Under the pieces are notes generated by a model that was not told where the DNA came from, searched no databases, and worked only from the letters and a program-made list of their open reading frames with translations. DNA of 64,000 bases from a bacterium. GTDB taxonomy: Bacteria; Auribacterota; UBA3054. The position numbers were made by a program, and so were the translations under genes. Shown here in pieces: positions 9,263-15,866 of this stretch; positions within the stretch are counted from its first letter, which is position 1; each line of letters starts with the position of its first letter. The stretch spans positions 206 through 64,205 of the forward strand of contig JAGCGH010000081.1 in the NCBI GenBank assembly GCA_017649705.1, written 5' to 3'.

Positions 9263-10099
9263 TTATTTGATATTGATTTTATCGTAAAAAGGTAAATCGT
9301 TTCTAAAATATAATTTTGAATCTACTCCATAATCGGATTTTTCACAAGCAAAATATCTTAAAGACAATAAATGCTTTTCATACGAATTAGCAAACTCAAC
9401 AATTTTATTAAATAAAATTTGATTAATATTTTTTTTTAGTAAATTCTGATGCTTATCAATATTACCAAAGATTCCATAATAATGTTTAATTGTTGAAAGC
9501 AATCCTTTTTCGTTAATTGAAACGCCACTAAACACCTCATTTTCATCACGATTGTTATCGTAATAATATAAACGTATTTTTCGGCCAGCAAAACATTGCG
9601 TATCTATTTCAACAGCTATCCTTGCGGGAACACCTATATTCTTTGCCGTTTTAAAAATTGACATATTTTTAGGGAAGGCAAATTCAATTAAATATTCTAA
9701 ATATCTGAACGGATTAATACGATTAAAATCGACTTGCGGTTCTAAGCGAAGTGTGAAATCAGAATCTGAAGATTTAAAAGATGGATCAATACTAAAAGGG
9801 CATTCATTATATGAAAATACATGTTTCGCCAATGAATTAGAAAACAAATTTAAATAATAATTGTATATTTCTAACCGTCTTTTTGTTTGCTCATATGGGC
9901 CTAAAGAAATTGGTTCTATTAAATAAACGGCAGTCGATTTTATATAGCCATTTGCTAAAGAAAAACCAATAAATTCAACTTCGTAAATACCAGGAATTTT
10001 GCTAGCCTCAATACGTTTCAAGAGAGAACTAATATCCAACTGATTATCAACAAGATTCATTAAACAATCGTATATTCTTTCTTTATCTTTTATAATCAC
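9263..10099 (-). CDS. Hypothetical protein (278 aa), island-encoded, no recognisable motif
   Basis: Clean ORF with AT-rich codon usage and a K/N/Y/I-rich protein. It lies at the downstream end of the radical-SAM gene string in the same orientation. Confidence 0.45.
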   Translation of the reverse strand: MIIKDKERIYDCLMNLVDNQLDISSLLKRIEASKIPGIYEVEFIGFSLANGYIKSTAVYLIEPISLGPYEQTKRRLEIYNYYLNLFSNSLAKHVFSYNECPFSIDPSFKSSDSDFTLRLEPQVDFNRINPFRYLEYLIEFAFPKNMSIFKTAKNIGVPARIAVEIDTQCFAGRKIRLYYYDNNRDENEVFSGVSINEKGLLSTIKHYYGIFGNIDKHQNLLKKNINQILFNKIVEFANSYEKHLLSLRYFACEKSDYGVDSKLYFRNDLPFYDKINIK

Positions 10100-10179
10100 A
10101 GAAAAACTTCTCCATTAAATTATTCAGATATTGTGATTTTATAACTTTATATTTTGTTCTCAACATTAACTAAAAAGGA

Positions 10180-11364
10180 TTATCTAAAAAGTGCTTGATT
10201 CCCTATAGCCGAGGAAGCATCATCGCATAATGATAAATCTGATAATAGCTTTTCTGCTTCGTCTCTTGATAAATCTGACAAAAAACCTCGTGATAATCCT
10301 AGCAATGAAAGCTTTTGTTCTATATGAGACCAAATTATTTTATTAGTAATACATTCTTCTTCAAACCAACCAAAAAGCTTAGAATGAAGACAACCAGCGA
10401 TACAAAGTGTCCGCCATTTGCACGTGCCACACTTAGAAAAGCAAGGTTCTTTTTCAACTAAAAAGGATATTTTTTTCTTATTTTCAATTACTTGTTCTAC
10501 TGTGTCAGAATACACATTACCTATTGAATATGAATCAGAATCAAAACGACCACAAGGAAGCAATTCGCCATTATGTGCAATACTTAAAAAAGTATCAGAA
10601 CACCTACCATTGATGCTACATAATTTAGAGATGTTCATTAAATAAGCAAGAACTGCCCCTTGAACGGTTTCAACATTTGCAGGGTGCTGATCATTTAACC
10701 AAATATCAAAAAGTTCACAAACCCCATTTGCGTACTGCTCAGCAGTAACTGATTCAGCCATAAAGCAAGTTCCTTTATAGGAAGTCGGAAACATTCTATT
10801 AAGCCTAAACGGGATTCCCAACGCCTTAAACCATTCATAAAGTTCATTTATTCTTCCAACATTGCTGGCTGTCATCATAGTTATAGCCCCTAAATTTAAG
10901 CCAGCTTGCTTTAATGACATTGCTCGTTTTAAAATAATATCAGAAGCATCATCTCCATTTGGGAACAACCGATAATTAGATTGGAAATCCAAAGAAAAAC
11001 CTATTCGTGAACCAAACGACTCTTTAAGAAGCGGTATGAAATCATCTGAAGCCAAAGTTAGATTAGTCTGAATCTGATTTCTAACACCGATAGATAATTC
11101 ATTAAATTTTTTAGTATAATAATTTACACATTCCTTTATAAAGTCCAACCCCATCAAAAGAGGTTCACCACCATGCCAAATCACAGTAACTTCTTTAACA
11201 TTTAACTTACAGCAATAAGACATTATCCAGTCAAAACTTTTTTTTGCCTCGTCAATATTCATCATTCCATCAAAATCGTTTCGATCACGAGCGGCATAAC
11301 AATAACGGCATCTTAAATTGCAACGACTTGTGGGTTTAAAAATTATTGATAATTGATTAGCCAT
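10180..11364 (-). CDS. Radical SAM / SPASM-domain enzyme (anSME-like or peptide-modifying maturase family)
   Basis: CxxxCxxC motif KPTSRCNLRCRYCYA near the N-terminus. The C-terminal SPASM-like cysteine cluster is CSINGRCSD…LPCGRFD…CFSKCGTCKWRTLCIAGCLH. The track ORF starts at 11433; the start MANQLSII (about 11364) is more likely, giving a short overlap with the upstream gene. Confidence 0.8.
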   Translation of the reverse strand: MANQLSIIFKPTSRCNLRCRYCYAARDRNDFDGMMNIDEAKKSFDWIMSYCCKLNVKEVTVIWHGGEPLLMGLDFIKECVNYYTKKFNELSIGVRNQIQTNLTLASDDFIPLLKESFGSRIGFSLDFQSNYRLFPNGDDASDIILKRAMSLKQAGLNLGAITMMTASNVGRINELYEWFKALGIPFRLNRMFPTSYKGTCFMAESVTAEQYANGVCELFDIWLNDQHPANVETVQGAVLAYLMNISKLCSINGRCSDTFLSIAHNGELLPCGRFDSDSYSIGNVYSDTVEQVIENKKKISFLVEKEPCFSKCGTCKWRTLCIAGCLHSKLFGWFEEECITNKIIWSHIEQKLSLLGLSRGFLSDLSRDEAEKLLSDLSLCDDASSAIGNQALFR

Positions 11365-11377
11365 TGTTTTTGTCCAA

Positions 11378-12508
11378 TTATAAAATTTTAGATATTTTCT
11401 TTGAGTAACAATCCTCAAAACTTTCAATTTCATTTAATTGTAGATACTGTTGAACATAAGAAATTGTTTCAAGTGTATATTCACTTCTATAGCCGCAACA
11501 GGACTCGTGACAATTTTTATTAGGTTCACCCCAACACGAACCGGAACAAATATTATTTATATAACTATCACACTCCCTACAAACGTTCAATACTATCTGA
11601 TCATGTTTCCGCTTATAAGCTTCAATAATATCTTGTGGAGCACTAAAATAATAATTTCCTATTGACATATCAAACTTTCGACAATAACTTAATATTGCTC
11701 CATTCCCACAAATAGACAATTTCCAATAAGGTTCATTAACATCCGTACAACAAAACGGACGCTTGAGAAGAATGGAACGAGCTATTGCTGCAAAATTAGT
11801 AAACTTAAAACTTACTTCGCGCTCTCTAGTATATAAATCAAATAAAGCTATTACATAATCATTATATTCGTCCACAGTCAAATATTGTTCAAGCCTTTTT
11901 CCGTCAGGCGAATGTGCACGATTAACACGAAACATATCCACATGTTTACTATACCAATCATAAAGTTTTTGAGGTGGTTGCAAATCATTTTTTATTAGGG
12001 TACTTACAATTCCAACGCGAATATCCTTAGTATGTAAATAGTCTATTGCACGTTCAATATCAATAGCCGCGTTGCGACCATTTACATATTTCCTTGCTAA
12101 CCCATATGGTTCAAATGATCCGCCTATAAATCCATCAAAATATTCTTTGATTAAAAAACAAATCTTTTCGTTAACCAAAGTGAGATTGCTTTGCAACCTA
12201 TTAATAAATTTAATATCTGATCCTTCAAAACATCGTCTTTGCTCATTCAAAGCATTTTCAAGATTTGCTTCTCCATATAGCAACGGCTCACCGCCAAACC
12301 ATGTAAAATCAATAAATTTAATATCTAAAAAGTTACAGTATTTTATTAGCCAGGTATATGCTGCTTTAAAATCAAAAATACTCATATCGCCATAAGATGT
12401 GTCTGATACATAACAATAATCACACCTCATATTACAGCGATGTGTTGGCGATATGAGCACTGTCAATTTATCTGATGACACTATGCCTGAGAAGTCCAAG
12501 AACCGCAA
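11378..12508 (-). CDS. Radical SAM / SPASM-domain enzyme, second tandem copy
   Basis: CxxxCxxC motif ISPTHRCNMRCDYCYV. The C-terminal Cys-rich SPASM-like region is CCTDVNEPYWKLSICGNG…CRECDSYINNICSGSCWGEPNKNCHESCCG. The start is a TTG directly after an in-frame TGA, so the exact start is uncertain. Confidence 0.8.
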   Translation of the reverse strand: MRFLDFSGIVSSDKLTVLISPTHRCNMRCDYCYVSDTSYGDMSIFDFKAAYTWLIKYCNFLDIKFIDFTWFGGEPLLYGEANLENALNEQRRCFEGSDIKFINRLQSNLTLVNEKICFLIKEYFDGFIGGSFEPYGLARKYVNGRNAAIDIERAIDYLHTKDIRVGIVSTLIKNDLQPPQKLYDWYSKHVDMFRVNRAHSPDGKRLEQYLTVDEYNDYVIALFDLYTREREVSFKFTNFAAIARSILLKRPFCCTDVNEPYWKLSICGNGAILSYCRKFDMSIGNYYFSAPQDIIEAYKRKHDQIVLNVCRECDSYINNICSGSCWGEPNKNCHESCCGYRSEYTLETISYVQQYLQLNEIESFEDCYSKKISKIL

Positions 12509-12630
12509 TCAATATATTCTTTATATGAGATTGAAGAACTAGGTTTGGAGACTCTATGAAGAGCTATCCCAATGATTCTTTGTAATGCCGGTATATTTTT
12601 TGCGGCGATAATTACTTCTTTCTTTTCCAT
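12481..12630 (-). CDS. Candidate RiPP precursor peptide (49 aa), not in the ORF track
   Basis: Minus strand: AAAGAGGAG, then 7 nt, then ATG. Translation: MEKKEVIIAAKNIPALQRIIGIALHRVSKPSSSISYKEYIDCGSWTSQA*. It overlaps the first 28 nt of the radical-SAM gene in a different frame. Hand-translated from the sequence. Confidence 0.35.
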   Translation of the reverse strand: MEKKEVIIAAKNIPALQRIIGIALHRVSKPSSSISYKEYIDCGSWTSQA

Positions 12631-13006
12631 TTTAAATCTCCTCTTTGCCCTTTAAATTATTAAATCTCGTGTTTACCAAAGGGCTTGATAAACATCTTCC
12701 TTCCTTTCTATTAATGAAAAACTTTTTCATCAATATAAAAGAAAAAATAAGTTACATATATTATATCAAAAAAAGAAGTTAAAAGGAAATAACCCGTTGA
12801 TTTTTTGAATTGAAATAGGATTAAAATATTATTAGCAAGACATTTATATAGGTAGTCGGGTCTAAAAGCGTACATGTTTTTCGTATATACTTTAAAATTT
12901 AATGTGGATCTTAAAAAATATGATGATTTAAATAATAGTTGTGCTTAAAAGTTAATTGTATATCTGTGTCAACATCTCTTCCTCTTTCACTAATTAGTTT
13001 TCCTAC

Positions 13007-13129
13007 TTATTCCGCCTCGATGGTGAATTCGAAAAGTTCGCTGGCCCTGATGCCGTCCAGGACGTAGAGCGCCTTTTTGATCTTCTCCCCTTTCTTGGCG
13101 GGAACTTTGTATTCCTGCACTCTTCCGCT
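13007..13129. repeat. Right copy of the 123-bp perfect direct repeat (the actual 3' end of the intact gene)
   Basis: Identical to 8537-8659. Confidence 0.9.
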
Positions 13130-15781
13130 GCGGAAGTCCGTGGCGTACCAGTTCCCCGCGTCGTGCCAGTAGTATAGGAGAGGCTGACCTTCCGGATCGT
13201 AGCTCTTCCCGGCGTCCAATTTGACTATCGTTCCGGCCTTGGCCTTGAAATAATTAGTCTCCAGCAAAGCCACGGGCGCCCTGTTGAAATTGCGGCATTC
13301 CTCCGGGATCAGGGTCTCCTTCAAAGCCGGACGCTTTGTCGTCCTAAGCTGCGTCCTTATTTCGTAAACGCCCCGCATCCGATCGCCCGCGAAAAACTGC
13401 TCGTTGAACTCGGACAGGGGCAGCAGATGGAAATCCACGTCATCCGCGGTCTCGATCTTGATCAAAAGCAGCCCTTCCACGTGCCAGACAGAAGGCGTGC
13501 AGGGCGCGTCTTTGGTGGCGTCGTTCTCGTCTGTGGTCATGCCGAAGGGATTCCAAACGTAAGTCCTGCCGTCGAAGCGGTCGGTGTAGACAGAATCCCA
13601 ATTCTTGTCGGTGTCCGTCGGGATGAGATATTTGCCTTCCTTGTCCGTGTAGCCTTTGAATTTGGGAATGTCCGCGAAATATTTGTCCGCGAAAGCGTTT
13701 ATCTTCCCGTGGGAAACGTGGTAAACATAGACCGCCGCGTCCCTCAAAGGCTCGTCATTCACGTCGTAGATCTTCAGTATGTTTTCCGAGATCGGAATGA
13801 ACCTTCCCTGCGTCCCCCAGAAGCGCGGCCCGCGGTAGCCCGAGCAGTAGACGATCTTCCCGGCGTTGGAGCGGTTGATCCACATGTGGCAGCCGCTCAT
13901 CAAGGGCGTGTAGGCCGAGCCGCAGGGCACGTTCTCCGCGGAACTGTACATAATGTCGGATCCGAACTTCGGCATTCTGCTTCCCCCGGCGTAGTATTTC
14001 CCCTCTTTATCCTTCAATAAAACGTTGTGCCACCGGACGGGGTAAGAGTAGACGTCAGGCAGCGCCAGGCAGGTGTGGCCTAATTCGTGCACCACGGAGG
14101 CGTTCAGGGAGGAGAAGTGCGGCGCGCTGGCCTGATGCGAGGCGCGGTCGTTGGGATTGTCCGTTATGGGGAAGCCGCCGTCGCGGTATTCCTCCATTTT
14201 GTTGTAAACGTTGTCCTTGTCCTTTTCCCAATAATGGTAAACAAGATTGTCGATCCTGTACTTCTCCTTGATGCCATCCGGGCAGATATCGGGATACTTG
14301 GTGTCCAGAAGCAGCGCGTCAAGTTTCAGCTTGTGCCCCGCCACCCAGTCGAACATGGAGAAAGACCCCACGCAGTTCATTTTCCTTTCCCGGAAATAAT
14401 TCGTCGTGACCATGGGCGAAAAAGCGAACCACAGGGGCCTCGCGTCGCACCACTCGCTGACCTTGTTGTTCACCAAACACAAGTCGTCATCCAGCTTGAC
14501 CTCGGCGTTCATCAGCAAACTTTCTTTGGGGAAAGTCCAGATGAAACTGTATTTCCTGATCTGCTGGGGCAGGAAAGGTTCCAGCTCCACCACCCTTTTG
14601 CAAACGGGGGCCTTTTCGTCCCCCACCCAGAAGCGCAGCTTCAGTCCTGCGGGAGAAGTAATGGGGCCGTAGTTGGCCACGTGCACCACGGAGGTCACCT
14701 GGTCCCCCGGCGCGATCTTGGTTTTCAGATCCTTGTAGCTGTAGCGTGGCAAGAGTTCTATGAACTGCACCGTCATGTCAGGCTTTTCCGGCGAGATCAC
14801 TTCCGTCGCGAACTCCGCCTCCTTCCCGCGGTAGGAGGCCTTCACCTTGACCTTCCCTTCCGCAAGCCCCTTTATGGCCGCCGGGATCTTTTCATCCGGA
14901 GCGGCGCACCCGTTGTCCGTCGACCACTGGATGAAAGGCTTGGCGTCGAAATACGACCAGTTGCCGTAGGCGTTCATCTCGTCCGTCACCATTTCGAATT
15001 TGCCGTTCCTCTTCGCCCTTAAACCAAATTTCTTCGAATATCCCAAAAGTATCCTTTTGTCCGCGTGGATCCCCCAGGGCTCAGGCGTGATCTCGATCTC
15101 CTCAGCAGGGAAGGTCCTGAAGTATTCGGTGTAAACGGCTTTCAAAAGCGCGCCGTTATCCAAAGTCGAACGCCTGCCCAGTTTTTCGTTCCTGAAAACA
15201 AGATCCTTCATTTCGCCGTTATCATGATGGAATTCAATGCTCCCGGGTATCTCCCCCGGATCGAAGAAAGCGTCCTTGCAGGGCACTTCCCCCCCTATGC
15301 ACTCCTTGTCGAAAAACAGCGGCAGTCCGCAGGGAACGTCCTCGTCGTTCACGAACCAGGAAAAAGCGATGTGGTGCCACTCCCCCGCTTTGAAAGTAAC
15401 CTTGCTTCTGGTGGCAGCTTTTTTCTCCTTGGATACGGAAGCGATCTTCAGAAGACCTTCCTTGGTCTTCGAGAGAACCATCCCGTTCTCCGGTTTGCCC
15501 ACGACCAAGATCAAATGCTCGTTCCCGTCATCCGAAGCAAAATTTGGCTTGAACCAAAACGAGACAAAGCCGAACCTGGGCGAGATCTCCAATCCATCGG
15601 CATAGTCTATGTCGGAAGCGCGCTTAAGATCTTTGTTCCCGTCCAGGGTAGTGTCGCCCGTCCGCACTTCCTGCGCTCCCGGAAGAGGCGCGGAAGAGAA
15701 CGGCCAAAAAGTATAGACCGCAGCATAAAGATTCACTGCCGCCAAAACAGAAACGCAAAGCAAAATTCTCTTCATAAACAT
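13007..15781 (-). CDS. Secreted zinc metallopeptidase-like protein (HExxH)
   Basis: 924 aa with a signal peptide (MFMKRILLCVSVLAAVNLYAAVY). HELGH is present in …SLNASVVHELGHTCLALPDVYSYP…. The family is not assignable from sequence alone. The stop codon at 13007-13009 is the island junction. Confidence 0.55.
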   Translation of the reverse strand: MFMKRILLCVSVLAAVNLYAAVYTFWPFSSAPLPGAQEVRTGDTTLDGNKDLKRASDIDYADGLEISPRFGFVSFWFKPNFASDDGNEHLILVVGKPENGMVLSKTKEGLLKIASVSKEKKAATRSKVTFKAGEWHHIAFSWFVNDEDVPCGLPLFFDKECIGGEVPCKDAFFDPGEIPGSIEFHHDNGEMKDLVFRNEKLGRRSTLDNGALLKAVYTEYFRTFPAEEIEITPEPWGIHADKRILLGYSKKFGLRAKRNGKFEMVTDEMNAYGNWSYFDAKPFIQWSTDNGCAAPDEKIPAAIKGLAEGKVKVKASYRGKEAEFATEVISPEKPDMTVQFIELLPRYSYKDLKTKIAPGDQVTSVVHVANYGPITSPAGLKLRFWVGDEKAPVCKRVVELEPFLPQQIRKYSFIWTFPKESLLMNAEVKLDDDLCLVNNKVSEWCDARPLWFAFSPMVTTNYFRERKMNCVGSFSMFDWVAGHKLKLDALLLDTKYPDICPDGIKEKYRIDNLVYHYWEKDKDNVYNKMEEYRDGGFPITDNPNDRASHQASAPHFSSLNASVVHELGHTCLALPDVYSYPVRWHNVLLKDKEGKYYAGGSRMPKFGSDIMYSSAENVPCGSAYTPLMSGCHMWINRSNAGKIVYCSGYRGPRFWGTQGRFIPISENILKIYDVNDEPLRDAAVYVYHVSHGKINAFADKYFADIPKFKGYTDKEGKYLIPTDTDKNWDSVYTDRFDGRTYVWNPFGMTTDENDATKDAPCTPSVWHVEGLLLIKIETADDVDFHLLPLSEFNEQFFAGDRMRGVYEIRTQLRTTKRPALKETLIPEECRNFNRAPVALLETNYFKAKAGTIVKLDAGKSYDPEGQPLLYYWHDAGNWYATDFRSGRVQEYKVPAKKGEKIKKALYVLDGIRASELFEFTIEAE

Positions 15782-15853
15782 GATTCCCCTTGATTATGAC
15801 TTTATTGTAACAAAATAACGACAATTGCGCACATAAAAGGCGATAGTCTTTGC

Positions 15854-15859
15854 TATAAT
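15854..15859 (+). promoter_or_regulatory. Possible -10 box (TATAAT) 7 nt upstream of the addB-like ATG (short or leaderless 5' end)
   Basis: ttgctataattgaagccATG. No convincing -35 is seen. Confidence 0.25.
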
Positions 15860-15866
15860 TGAAGCC

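Larger units (their letters stand above)
8660..13006. mobile_element. Low-GC genomic island / putative degenerate integrative element carrying a radical-SAM cluster; no integrase seen
   Basis: There is an abrupt shift from GC-rich flanks to AT-rich sequence and AT-rich codon usage. The insertion is exactly at the stop codon of gene 13007..15781. It is bounded by 123-bp perfect direct repeats plus an element-side diverged copy of the gene's 3' end. Confidence 0.55.
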
